Source: a virus (lineage: Duplodnaviria > Caudoviricetes). Taken from it: DNA of 62,097 nt. Location of the stretch: positions 1-62,097 of the IMG/VR virus record IMGVR_UViG_3300023181_000031. One strand, 5' to 3'. Of the stretch, positions 50,123 through 59,350 are shown one piece after another (positions within the stretch are counted from its first letter, which is position 1; every line of letters begins with the position of its first letter). The notes beneath the pieces are model-generated. The model did no database searches and was not told the DNA's origin. It saw nothing but the letters and a program-made list of their open reading frames with translations. The translations under genes and the position numbers were made by a program.

Positions 50123-50679
50123 TGATTACACCAAATTATGAACTATCAACACGATTATCTTTAGTAACTAATGATTATGGATATGTAGCATTTTCAACAA
50201 ATTTTGATAAACCTACAGGTCAAGAAATTTATAGTAATTTAAACCTTATAGGTAAAACCGCCTTATCAAAAACAATAACAGGTAATAATTTTAGTGCTGA
50301 TTATACTTTAAACGGCTCTACAGCTAATTGTCCTACTTCAACAGTAGCAAGTTATTCAAATACTCAAACTACTATAAAAGTATCTGATAGCGTAAATACT
50401 AAATTTAAAGTAAACGATAGGATACAAGTCGGAATAGAGCAAGATAACAAAATTATATCTATTGATTCTACAAATAATACTATTACATTAATGAATGCTC
50501 TTACAGGTGTTCCAACAGTAGGAACAATTATAAAAGTAAAAATATCTCAACGTATTGTGGTTAGAGGTGGAGATAGTACACTTTTAACAGGTACTATAGC
50601 GGGTATAGAAGAATTTATATTTTTTAAAACTTCAGCAATGACGGCAATTAAAGGAAGGGTAACAGGTCAGGATTTATGA
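50122..50679 (+). CDS. Tail-associated protein (probable start MITPN)
   Basis: TAATG coupling; beta insert FKVNDRIQV..ISIDSTNNTITL. Confidence 0.6.
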   Translation: MITPNYELSTRLSLVTNDYGYVAFSTNFDKPTGQEIYSNLNLIGKTALSKTITGNNFSADYTLNGSTANCPTSTVASYSNTQTTIKVSDSVNTKFKVNDRIQVGIEQDNKIISIDSTNNTITLMNALTGVPTVGTIIKVKISQRIVVRGGDSTLLTGTIAGIEEFIFFKTSAMTAIKGRVTGQDL

Positions 50680-51140
50680 TAGGTCAACCAGGATTATTAG
50701 ATACTCAGCAAACGGAAGCTAGTAACCAATCTGAGCAAAATATGATAAATAATAATATTCAAAATGATTTATTTACTTTGCTTAAATTCGGAGTTGGTAG
50801 AGATGATTTAAAAACTTTATCAGGTCAAAAAATAACCGTTACTAATACTGTTATTGTAAAGAAAAAAGGAATGATAACCTATATTGGTGTTGTTTCTAGT
50901 TCTATTTCTATAAATGTTTTACTTCCTGAAGTGCAAGACATTAATATTTATGATTGTTTTATTATTAAAGATGAGAGTTTAAACGCATCTACATATAATA
51001 TTACTATTATAGCTAATGATAATGTAATTGACGGAGTTAATGCGGATCAAATTATTAATACTAATGGTGGTAAGTTATGGTTAATATGTACTGATATTGA
51101 TTATGATAATAATATTGCTTATTTCTCGGTGTTAAACTAA
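50676..51140 (+). CDS. Tail-associated protein
   Basis: LLP..FIIKDES..NITI..IDG..INTNGG motif typical of fibre-associated domains. Confidence 0.6.
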   Translation: MIGQPGLLDTQQTEASNQSEQNMINNNIQNDLFTLLKFGVGRDDLKTLSGQKITVTNTVIVKKKGMITYIGVVSSSISINVLLPEVQDINIYDCFIIKDESLNASTYNITIIANDNVIDGVNADQIINTNGGKLWLICTDIDYDNNIAYFSVLN

Positions 51141-52444
51141 TGGATGAATTAAATAATATACCCGTTACTACACCGAAAACAAGGTTTTCATGGCCTTATC
51201 AACAAGCTTATAATAACCAAGTACGATTAAATGTAAATCAATTAAAAGATATTGCTGTAGCTACTCAATTAATGATTGATAATTTACAAACTCAAATTAC
51301 AAATGATAATAAACAAAGTGATTGGAATCAAACAGACAACACTAAAATAGATTATATTTTAAATAAACCCGCTTTTACTACTCCCGTTAATGCTGATTGG
51401 AACTCTACAACTGGTTTATCACAAATATTAAATAAACCTGTATTATTTGATGGAAACTATAACAGTTTAATTAATAAGCCAAATTTATTTAATGGAGACT
51501 ATAATAATCTAACAAACAAACCTACTTATTTTAACGGTGATTATAACAACCTTACTAATAAGCCTATTATACCTGCTACACAAATACAAAGTAACTGGAC
51601 TCAATCTGATAATACAAAGTTAGACTTTATAAAGAATAAACCCGTTTTATTTAGTGGCTCTTATACAGATTTAACAAACAAGCCTAGCTTTTTTGATGGA
51701 AATTATAATAACTTAACTAATAAACCTATATTGTTTGATGGTAATTATACTAGTTTAACTAATAAACCAACTATCCCAAATAATACAGCTCAAATAACAG
51801 AAACTACAAGCTTATATTTTACTCAAACAAGAGCAAGAGAAAGTATAACAGCTACTACACCGCTTAATTATAATTCTACAACAGGTGTTTTATCACTTCC
51901 TTTAACTAGCTTTGCACCGGCCTTATTATTTTCACAAACTGAGACAAAAACAGTTAGTGGAGTATTAACAGAAACTAGCTTACTAGGTAATGGTGTAGGA
52001 ACTAAAACACTTACAGCTAATAGCTTAATCCAAGGTAAAACTATCTTAATAAAAGGTAATGGCTTTTTAAGTACAGGGTTAATCAGTTTACCTAACATAA
52101 ATCTTAGATTAAAACTTGGGGGTACTTTATTAGTACAAACAGGTACAGTGCTAATAGTTGGTTTAGGTCAATCTAACGCAGGCTTTGATTTTGAAATATT
52201 ACTTACATGTCAATCTATTGATGTAAATAATAAAGCTGTAATTAGGTGTCAAGGTGTAGCCGGTTATAGTAGCGTAGCAGCACTTAATTTATCAAATCGT
52301 ATATCATACGGTATGACACAAACTACACCTGTTTTAATTGATCCATCAATAGCCCAAACATTTGATATTACTTTTCAATGGGGTTTAGTAACTCTTGGAA
52401 GTACTATTACAATTACAAATTTATATATTCAAACTTTAAACTAA
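51140..52444 (+). CDS. Tail fibre with repeat shaft
   Basis: F(D/N/S)GxYxxLxNKP x6 and (Q/N)(S/A)(D/N)W..I.NKP x3; LYFTQTRAR. Confidence 0.8.
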   Translation: MDELNNIPVTTPKTRFSWPYQQAYNNQVRLNVNQLKDIAVATQLMIDNLQTQITNDNKQSDWNQTDNTKIDYILNKPAFTTPVNADWNSTTGLSQILNKPVLFDGNYNSLINKPNLFNGDYNNLTNKPTYFNGDYNNLTNKPIIPATQIQSNWTQSDNTKLDFIKNKPVLFSGSYTDLTNKPSFFDGNYNNLTNKPILFDGNYTSLTNKPTIPNNTAQITETTSLYFTQTRARESITATTPLNYNSTTGVLSLPLTSFAPALLFSQTETKTVSGVLTETSLLGNGVGTKTLTANSLIQGKTILIKGNGFLSTGLISLPNINLRLKLGGTLLVQTGTVLIVGLGQSNAGFDFEILLTCQSIDVNNKAVIRCQGVAGYSSVAALNLSNRISYGMTQTTPVLIDPSIAQTFDITFQWGLVTLGSTITITNLYIQTLN

Positions 52445-52458
52445 AAGGAGTTTTTAAC

Positions 52459-52977
52459 ATGGCAACATTTCAAGAGATTACAGATAAAATTAATAACTTA
52501 GCAAATAAGTTTTATGTATTTTACCAATTAAATAATAATAATGCTTTAATTAAATCTATACTTACAGATTTTAAAAATATATTAATTAATTCTACTCCTG
52601 AAAAATCCTTTGTTTCTCTATATAATGTTAGTACAGAAGCATTAAGTGTATTAAGAGTTGATGATACTTTAATAGCAACTCAAAATGGTCAGTTTATTTT
52701 TAATGGTCAACCTGCTTATGCGGATAATTCAATATTATATCTTTTAAAAGATCAGCCTAAAGAATTTGAAACAGTAGTAAGTTTAAATAATGGTATTTAT
52801 AAATTAATTCAAACAGGGGATAATGAAACACCATTTATTTTAAAAGATATAAATAACGAATTTGCAAAACAAACTCTAGTTTTTGATACAAGTTCAAATA
52901 AACAATACGTTTACTCTAAAGATATATCTGATAATATCAATTATTACTCTATTTTTGAATTTATACCATCAATATAA
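52459..52977 (+). CDS. Hypothetical late protein (start MATFQE)
   Basis: AAGGAG RBS before 52459. Confidence 0.6.
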   Translation: MATFQEITDKINNLANKFYVFYQLNNNNALIKSILTDFKNILINSTPEKSFVSLYNVSTEALSVLRVDDTLIATQNGQFIFNGQPAYADNSILYLLKDQPKEFETVVSLNNGIYKLIQTGDNETPFILKDINNEFAKQTLVFDTSSNKQYVYSKDISDNINYYSIFEFIPSI

Positions 52978-53000
52978 AAATTATAAAGGAGTTTAAAAAA

Positions 53001-53510
53001 ATGGCAAATATTACAACAAATTTTCCAGATTATGAGTTAGCAGGTCAAGGCGAAAGATGGACTTTAATTCCAAAAGAGCATCAAAATAATTTAAAAATAC
53101 TAGCAAAGAATATTTTACAACCTGCTAGAGATGATATTAATAAAAATAATCCTAAAAACGATATAGCAATATTTATTACATCGGGTTACAGATCAAGAAA
53201 ACATAATGAAGCCGCTGACGGTGCTAGTAATAGCATGCACTTATATGGTAAAGCTGTAGATATATCATGCTCACAATTTACAGGTATAGAATTTTTTGAA
53301 TATATGCTAAAAAACTTTTCTAATCAAATAGGTGGAATTGGTTTATATGCAAATGAAAACCTAAAAGGAAAGTTTATACATATTGATATGCGACCTAAAC
53401 ATAATGGTAAAGCTATAGTTAGTTGGTATTTTGACGGTTCACGCTATAGATCACCTGGGCCAAAGATGCAAGCTATATTTAAAAAGCTTGGCTTAGCGTT
53501 TGTAGGTTAA
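53001..53510 (+). CDS. Endolysin, peptidase M15 family
   Basis: ITSGYRS, SMHLYGKAVDI, GIGLY, FIHIDMR. Confidence 0.92.
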   Translation: MANITTNFPDYELAGQGERWTLIPKEHQNNLKILAKNILQPARDDINKNNPKNDIAIFITSGYRSRKHNEAADGASNSMHLYGKAVDISCSQFTGIEFFEYMLKNFSNQIGGIGLYANENLKGKFIHIDMRPKHNGKAIVSWYFDGSRYRSPGPKMQAIFKKLGLAFVG

Positions 53511-53512
53511 TT

Positions 53513-53797
53513 ATGAAAATACTTACAGATACTTTAAAAAATAACGGTAAATGGTCTAGTAAAAAACTTACTACTTTAACGTGCTTAGTTCTTTGCATAT
53601 TTATGGCTTTAGTTGATCTTTTTACTGTTTATAAACTAAATATCCAAGTTTTTGAGGCATTCCTTCTCTTAGGTGGCGGAACATCTATCTTGACATCAGC
53701 AACAAACATAGTTAATAAAAAACTAGACAATGATTTAACAAACATAGATAATAATACAAGTACTACTATTAAAGAAACTACAATACAAAAGGGATAA
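53513..53797 (+). CDS. Putative holin (two TM segments)
   Basis: GKWSSKKL followed by two hydrophobic segments; adjacent to endolysin. Confidence 0.7.
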   Translation: MKILTDTLKNNGKWSSKKLTTLTCLVLCIFMALVDLFTVYKLNIQVFEAFLLLGGGTSILTSATNIVNKKLDNDLTNIDNNTSTTIKETTIQKG

Positions 53798-53798
53798 C

Positions 53799-54527
53799 AT
53801 GACCTCTATATTATCAGATAAAGCATTAATTATTGTCGAAGATGATAGTACTATCTCTTTACTTTTAGAAGAGATAGCAACTATCTTAAAAGTTAAAAGC
53901 TTTGAAACTCGTGCAACTGTTGACGAAGCCTTACTATTAATTAAAGACCCTAATTATATTTTTGATTTTATGATACTTGACATTCAACTACCAGGAAATA
54001 AAACAGGTGTAGATTTAGTGACTTATCTTTTTGATAATCATATTACTATGCCTATTTTAGTTTATTCAGCTAATCTAAAAGGCTATAAAAGTAAGTTCTT
54101 AAAATATACTTTATCCGATTTTCTTACAATTAAATTTCTTGAAAAACCTGCGAGTTATGTAGATTTAATTCAAAATATTAACGAAACTATTACTTTGCAT
54201 AATGCTTTAAGAGTTGAAACAGTAGAATTACCAAGATTGCAAAAGGAAATAACAGATTTAAAAATATTTTATGAACAAAAATTTAACGAACAAAAAAATC
54301 AGTATGAATTACAAATAACTGAAGTACAAGAAAAAGCTAATCAAGAAATTCAATTATTAAAAGATAAAGTAGCTAGTTTAGATGAAAACTTTATTCCTGT
54401 AATAAGAAAAATTATACTAGATGAAATTAAAAATAACAAAGGAAAAATCATTATAGGTTTAACGGGTGCTTTTGTTACTGCAACAGGATTTTACTTTGAA
54501 GTATTACAAAAATTCTTTGGTAAATAA
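53799..54527 (+). CDS. Response-regulator receiver domain + coiled coil + C-terminal TM helix
   Basis: IIVEDD (E14-D16), MILD61IQLPG, VYS90A, FLEK116P; IIIGLTGAFVTATGFYF. Confidence 0.88.
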   Translation: MTSILSDKALIIVEDDSTISLLLEEIATILKVKSFETRATVDEALLLIKDPNYIFDFMILDIQLPGNKTGVDLVTYLFDNHITMPILVYSANLKGYKSKFLKYTLSDFLTIKFLEKPASYVDLIQNINETITLHNALRVETVELPRLQKEITDLKIFYEQKFNEQKNQYELQITEVQEKANQEIQLLKDKVASLDENFIPVIRKIILDEIKNNKGKIIIGLTGAFVTATGFYFEVLQKFFGK

Positions 54528-54566
54528 TAAAAAAGATTCTAGCTATTTCTAACTAGAATCTTTTTT
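54528..54566. terminator. Bidirectional intrinsic terminator
   Basis: AAAAAAGATTCTAG/CTAGAATCTTTTTT between convergent operons. Confidence 0.85.
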
Positions 54567-54613
54567 ACTATAAGCTATTGAAAACGGTGATTAAGTTATT
54601 ATTATAACATAAA

Positions 54614-54919
54614 TTAATTATCTTGTAAAATTATAGGTAATCTAAATGTATAACCATAACTAGATCCATGATCACAAGTTTCACAACCTGATTGGTCATG
54701 TTCATCTGTTTCAAAATCTTCAATATTAAAATATTTTCCTATACCTAAAATCATTTTAGAGCTAAAAGGTACTTTTTCATACTCATTATTAATATATACT
54801 TTAACTAAATTATTTTGATCTATAGATATTTCAATTTCAGGATCATAATAATGTGCGTCAAGTTCTCTCCAAAATGTTTTAAAAAATTCTGTTATTTGTT
54901 CTTTTGTAAATTTATTCAT
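54614..54919 (-). CDS. Hypothetical protein
   Basis: SGCETCDHGSSY motif. Confidence 0.65.
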   Translation of the reverse strand: MNKFTKEQITEFFKTFWRELDAHYYDPEIEISIDQNNLVKVYINNEYEKVPFSSKMILGIGKYFNIEDFETDEHDQSGCETCDHGSSYGYTFRLPIILQDN

Positions 54920-55413
54920 TGTAACCCTAACCTATAACCTTCTAATAATAATCTATAATTAATTAAATCTATCAAACTATCCGTAATTGACTCATTCTTA
55001 GGAACTTTCCCACTAGTTAACAACTCTTTTAACCTAGCAATCTTAACACCTATCAAAATATTTAAAGATATTTCAGGATTAACAGTTTCAACTATTCCCA
55101 TTTTAACAATATAATTTGCTGATGATTGAAAATTAGAATATCTATTATCTTTTTCAGAATAATCATGAGATTTAATATTTAATTTATTAATACACTCTTT
55201 CTTTAAGTCTTGACCTACATAATTAGAATAATAAAAAGTAAAACAACATATTAAAAAACCATCTAAACGCTTAATTTTTTCAATATTATTTAAAAAAACA
55301 TTTATATTAAATTCTGTTTGATTTATATTAGTTTCATATTTTTGAAAGTGTTTAGTTAAAAAATAAGCTGAATGTAGTTCTTTTTCTACAAACTCTATAA
55401 ATTTACTTGTCAT
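54916..55413 (-). CDS. DUF1599/nucleotide-modification-associated domain protein
   Basis: KSHDYS..SNF..KIARL..NESITDSLIDLINY. Confidence 0.65.
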   Translation of the reverse strand: MTSKFIEFVEKELHSAYFLTKHFQKYETNINQTEFNINVFLNNIEKIKRLDGFLICCFTFYYSNYVGQDLKKECINKLNIKSHDYSEKDNRYSNFQSSANYIVKMGIVETVNPEISLNILIGVKIARLKELLTSGKVPKNESITDSLIDLINYRLLLEGYRLGLQ

Positions 55414-55426
55414 TTTTTTTACCTTA

Positions 55427-55879
55427 TTATAATAATTTTATATTTTCTTCGCTAAATTTTTTATCTTCAATTTCTTGTTTATCTTTATATTTTTTATTTT
55501 TTTCTTGTATATTTTGAAAATATAAATAAATATAAGGGTAATTATCTGTAAATCTTTTTAAATCATCTTCAAAACTTGAGAATGTATGAATAACATTATA
55601 TTTAGTATAATAACCACCAAAACTACTTAAATGTTCACTAAAAATATTTTGTTCAATTAATTCATAATTTCTTAATAAATCATTTGGTACAAAATACCAT
55701 TTATTATTATGTTCAAATTGTAAAAAACTATCATATACGCTAAATTCTTTTATTCTTAAGAATCTATAATTAGTTTTAACTGTTTTATCAAAAATAAAAG
55801 AATTTACTTTTTTAGTACTTGGTCTAGTAATAGAAATTAAAAAAAATATTATACCTAAAATTATTAAACCTATTATCAT
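55427..55879 (-). CDS. Membrane-anchored hypothetical protein
   Basis: N-terminal TM segment. Confidence 0.6.
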   Translation of the reverse strand: MIIGLIILGIIFFLISITRPSTKKVNSFIFDKTVKTNYRFLRIKEFSVYDSFLQFEHNNKWYFVPNDLLRNYELIEQNIFSEHLSSFGGYYTKYNVIHTFSSFEDDLKRFTDNYPYIYLYFQNIQEKNKKYKDKQEIEDKKFSEENIKLL

Positions 55880-55887
55880 TTTATCAC

Positions 55888-56532
55888 CTATAAGTTAAAC
55901 GCTTTTAATGTATATTCAAAAGGATTACCGTCTATATTTTTTACTAAATCTAACATTGTCTGGCTGATTTCCCTGATTTCAGCTTGTGAATGGCTATCTA
56001 ATCTTAGTTTAAGAAAGTGGAAAAAACTTCTTATATTAGCTGTAGCATATAACTGAGTATTTAAAGATAATGGTAAGACTCCCCTAGCTTGTTCCTTACA
56101 TACTCCCGCTTGTAATAAATGATTATATGCCGTATAAGCATTATCTAAAGCACTTTCATAAATAAACTTTATTTCTTCTTGGTTTAACTTACCTTCTATA
56201 TCATTTTTACTTCCTTGTTTAATATCTTTATCCTGTAATCTAAACTTATCAGGAGTAAAAAAATCATCTTCAAACTCAACATAACGACCTGATATCTCAT
56301 TAAATGACCATGATCTATGACGCATTAACTGTCTAGCAATATAAATAGGTATCTCTAATCTAAACGTAAAACCGCAATGTTCTAAAGTGCTTACATGATT
56401 ATGTTTTACCAAGTAATTTATTAATTTTTCGTCTGATAAATCTAATACATTTTTATGCTTACCTAATGATACTCTGGCTGAATTAACCACCATAAGATCA
56501 TTACCCCAACTATTAACTAATTCTACTTTCAT
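55888..56532 (-). CDS. thyX: Flavin-dependent thymidylate synthase
   Basis: VVNSARVS, H.STLEH, ARQLMRHRSWSFNEISGRY, EQARGVLP, HSQAEIR. Confidence 0.96.
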   Translation of the reverse strand: MKVELVNSWGNDLMVVNSARVSLGKHKNVLDLSDEKLINYLVKHNHVSTLEHCGFTFRLEIPIYIARQLMRHRSWSFNEISGRYVEFEDDFFTPDKFRLQDKDIKQGSKNDIEGKLNQEEIKFIYESALDNAYTAYNHLLQAGVCKEQARGVLPLSLNTQLYATANIRSFFHFLKLRLDSHSQAEIREISQTMLDLVKNIDGNPFEYTLKAFNL

Positions 56533-57374
56533 AATATTATTAACTCATATCCTTTTTTATTTGTAATACCTTTTTTTATTTTATTTATTGTAGTTAAAGG
56601 AACTTTTGATATTTTAGATAATTCTTTTAAACTATCCGCTATATAAGATTCTCCTGTAATTTTATTAACTAAATTACATTTAATTCTATTATATGCAGGC
56701 TTGCCTATTTTTGATAACCCTAATTTAGCACATCTAGGGTCAGTTTCTTTATTTAAACCTTTATTCCATCTTGGCTTATCTAACATATTTTTCATACGTT
56801 CTTTTTTATGTTCTGCATCTTCTTTTTTCCCATACATACCGTTTTTAGCACCTAATTTAGAAATACTTAATTTCTTTTTAGTTTCATCAGTATGTTTATT
56901 TCCTCTAATTTGATTAGCTCTTTTTTCTATTACTTCTTTAGATTGTTTAACACCTTTCTTTTTTAAACTCATAATTTTTTTACTTTCTTCGGTATGTTTA
57001 TAACCTGTGGGTCTACCCGCTTTAATACAATTATTAAAACCATATTCTCTATTATAAGATTGTAAAATATCCATATAAAATTGTTCTCTAATTAAGAGAT
57101 TATCTTTATCTGTATATTCTAATACTTCAAATATAAAATTTTCTTTAGAATGTAAATTCCAAGCACTTTGTAAATGTGGATTTTTATGTTTGTTATTGTT
57201 TAATGTTCTTAAATGTACCTTAAATCTATTTTCTAAATTTGATGAAGAGCCAATATAATATTTATTATTAACTAAACAAGTTATTTTATAAATACCACTA
57301 AGATTCTTTAAATCCTGAAAACAATTAGTGGTATTTTCTATATCTTTAAATACATACGAAATAAACATTTTCAA
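56529..57374 (-). CDS. Free-standing GIY-YIG homing endonuclease with NUMOD3 repeats
   Basis: SGIYKI..YYIGSS..R, REQFY, GYKHTEESKK, GNKHTDETKK; own TGTTATACT at 57413-57405. Confidence 0.92.
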   Translation of the reverse strand: MKMFISYVFKDIENTTNCFQDLKNLSGIYKITCLVNNKYYIGSSSNLENRFKVHLRTLNNNKHKNPHLQSAWNLHSKENFIFEVLEYTDKDNLLIREQFYMDILQSYNREYGFNNCIKAGRPTGYKHTEESKKIMSLKKKGVKQSKEVIEKRANQIRGNKHTDETKKKLSISKLGAKNGMYGKKEDAEHKKERMKNMLDKPRWNKGLNKETDPRCAKLGLSKIGKPAYNRIKCNLVNKITGESYIADSLKELSKISKVPLTTINKIKKGITNKKGYELIIL

Positions 57375-57390
57375 ATTACCTTTTTACGTT

Positions 57391-57624
57391 TTAATACACC
57401 ATTAAGTATAACATAAAGATGTGAATATGAGTAGCTAAACCCTTTAATAATTCATTATAAGCACGTTTCTTTTTAGTTTTAATATACTCAAACATTGAAT
57501 CTATTCTATCGGGTATATGTTCAGGTATTTCTATTCCTAATTCTTCAAAAGTAGAACACCAAGCAGATAGACTATGTGTCTTATCTCCACCATAATAACC
57601 TAATAACACTACTGAATTATTCAT
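57391..57624 (-). pseudogene. Truncated N-terminal remnant of a second, different thyX
   Basis: VVLLGYYGGDKTHSLSAWCST..LATHIH resembles my recollection of another phage ThyX clade; ends where the endonuclease promoter begins. Confidence 0.65.
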
Positions 57625-57923
57625 TAACTATTACCTTCTATTTCAATACTTAAAACATTATTATGAACTCCAACATTAGTTTTTACTTTTTTAGTATTTA
57701 AATCAGCTTCTTTTTCTAATGCTTCGTTAGCTAAATTCATTAAACCGATAACACCTAATAATAAATTTTGTTGATCGTAATCATCTTGTGTTAATAAATT
57801 TTCTCCACATTTTGGACAAGGTTTATTAATATAACTTTCGAGATTATTATTATCAATATCGCTATCTATATAATCGCAACTATCACACTTTAATTTAGTG
57901 TTTATTAAATCTATTTCATTCAT
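57624..57923 (-). CDS. Zinc-ribbon protein
   Basis: LKCDSCDY..PCPKCGENLLT. Confidence 0.7.
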   Translation of the reverse strand: MNEIDLINTKLKCDSCDYIDSDIDNNNLESYINKPCPKCGENLLTQDDYDQQNLLLGVIGLMNLANEALEKEADLNTKKVKTNVGVHNNVLSIEIEGNS

Positions 57924-57938
57924 TTTCTTTTTACCTTT

Positions 57939-58187
57939 TTATAATTTAATTTCTGATTTTTTTATTGATTTACACAAACTTATTATGTTAATACATTTTG
58001 GACATGATATCTTATTTTTTTTATCATCAATCTTTATTGAACCTTCTAAACCTAATGTTTCATCACCTGATAAGACATCACCACATAAAGTAGAATCTAA
58101 ATCATAAGTAACATGTATATAATTTTGTTCTTCTGGTTCATCTGAAAATTTAGAAAAATCCTCAAATAATATTTTTACCTTTTGCAT
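57939..58187 (-). CDS. Putative zinc-binding protein, paralog of 5543..5839
   Basis: IHV..TLCG..DETL..ISCPKC. Confidence 0.6.
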   Translation of the reverse strand: MQKVKILFEDFSKFSDEPEEQNYIHVTYDLDSTLCGDVLSGDETLGLEGSIKIDDKKNKISCPKCINIISLCKSIKKSEIKL

Positions 58188-58196
58188 TTTTTACCT

Positions 58197-59000
58197 TTAT
58201 AATGGAAACAAATCCGTTTCCGCTTGTAATTGTCTTTTTCTAATTTCCAACATCATTAAAACTTCATTTTTTAAATACTTACATTTATGTAGTACTTCCT
58301 GATTATCTTTATCTAAATGAATTACATACAAATCAGTAACATCTAAACATGTGTTTTGCTCTAACATGTAAGCGTATAAGGATAATTGCACTTGATAATG
58401 ATTAAATTTACAATCGTCTAACTTATCAAGAGGGTATAACATTTTTTGATATTTATTTTCTTTTTTTAATTCTTCAGAAGTTTTATAATCAAAAGGTATA
58501 ATTTCATCATATCTAGTTAAAGTTAAATCAACCATTCCACTTAATTCAAACTCATCAAGATAAACTATCTTTTCAGGCTCTACATAACAAAATTTATAAT
58601 TTTCACTTTTTTCAAAATATCTTTTACCTTCAAAAATAAAAGGTTTACCTTCTAAAATATCATTCTCTTTTTGTTTATGGAACTTATTACCTTTTTCAAT
58701 AGATAACTTACTTTTTAAAGCCCATTTATCTAATATCTCTTGTTGTTTCTCTTTAACTTGTTGACAGTTTTCAGTAGTTAAAAACTTGCTTACTGGCTCG
58801 TTTTGATAACCTATTAACTTTCTAAACTGCTTAAATTTTTCTATCCCTAGAATCTCCTCAACTGCTTTAAACATTGAAAAATAATCACTATCAAACGGTT
58901 TAACAAATTGATTAATAAACTTAGTTACAGAAAGATATTTTTTATTATTTTTAGTATTTGTGTATGTGTGATATTTTTCATTAAATTCTATGTGTGTCAT
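58197..59000 (-). CDS. PD-(D/E)XK exonuclease
   Basis: FNEKYHTY, SVT, GNKFH, E..SGMVDL..FDYKT, Y.VQLSLYAYML. Confidence 0.9.
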   Translation of the reverse strand: MTHIEFNEKYHTYTNTKNNKKYLSVTKFINQFVKPFDSDYFSMFKAVEEILGIEKFKQFRKLIGYQNEPVSKFLTTENCQQVKEKQQEILDKWALKSKLSIEKGNKFHKQKENDILEGKPFIFEGKRYFEKSENYKFCYVEPEKIVYLDEFELSGMVDLTLTRYDEIIPFDYKTSEELKKENKYQKMLYPLDKLDDCKFNHYQVQLSLYAYMLEQNTCLDVTDLYVIHLDKDNQEVLHKCKYLKNEVLMMLEIRKRQLQAETDLFPL

Positions 59001-59350
59001 TATCCTATACCTACTAAGAAACCAAATTTAACTATAGCATTACCGTAATAATTATTTATTCTATAAATCTCTTGAAAATAATTATGTTCAAATTTTATTT
59101 TACAGCTAGATATAAACTCTTGATTTATTTCTATATCATATTCTCCATTATTTTCATATTCTAATATCCCATAAGTACTAGAAATATTACTTAAGCTAGA
59201 TATATAAAAATATCTGTTATCATCAGGTGAACACATAGCACCATTAAATAGTCTTAATTTTTGATCTATGGTATCCGTATCAAATAATTCTAAATCTTTG
59301 CTTTCTATTTCTAAATAAGCACCGCAATAAACTTCTTTTTGAATTGACAT
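59000..59350 (-). CDS. Hypothetical acidic protein
   Basis: Coupled to dcd and the exonuclease. Confidence 0.6.
   Translation of the reverse strand: MSIQKEVYCGAYLEIESKDLELFDTDTIDQKLRLFNGAMCSPDDNRYFYISSLSNISSTYGILEYENNGEYDIEINQEFISSCKIKFEHNYFQEIYRINNYYGNAIVKFGFLVGIG

Noticed and set aside
51310-51770. Tail-fibre repeats as a diversity-generating retroelement or invertible cassette
   Set aside because: Repeats are protein-level with synonymous divergence; no reverse transcriptase, template repeat or invertase
56529-57624. Group I intron splitting a single thyX
   Set aside because: The downstream thyX is complete with its own start, the endonuclease overlaps it directly, and there is no room for intron core helices
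58197-59000. Cas4 or CRISPR adaptation gene
   Set aside because: Ordinary phage PD-(D/E)XK exonuclease; no C-terminal Fe-S cysteine cluster and no array
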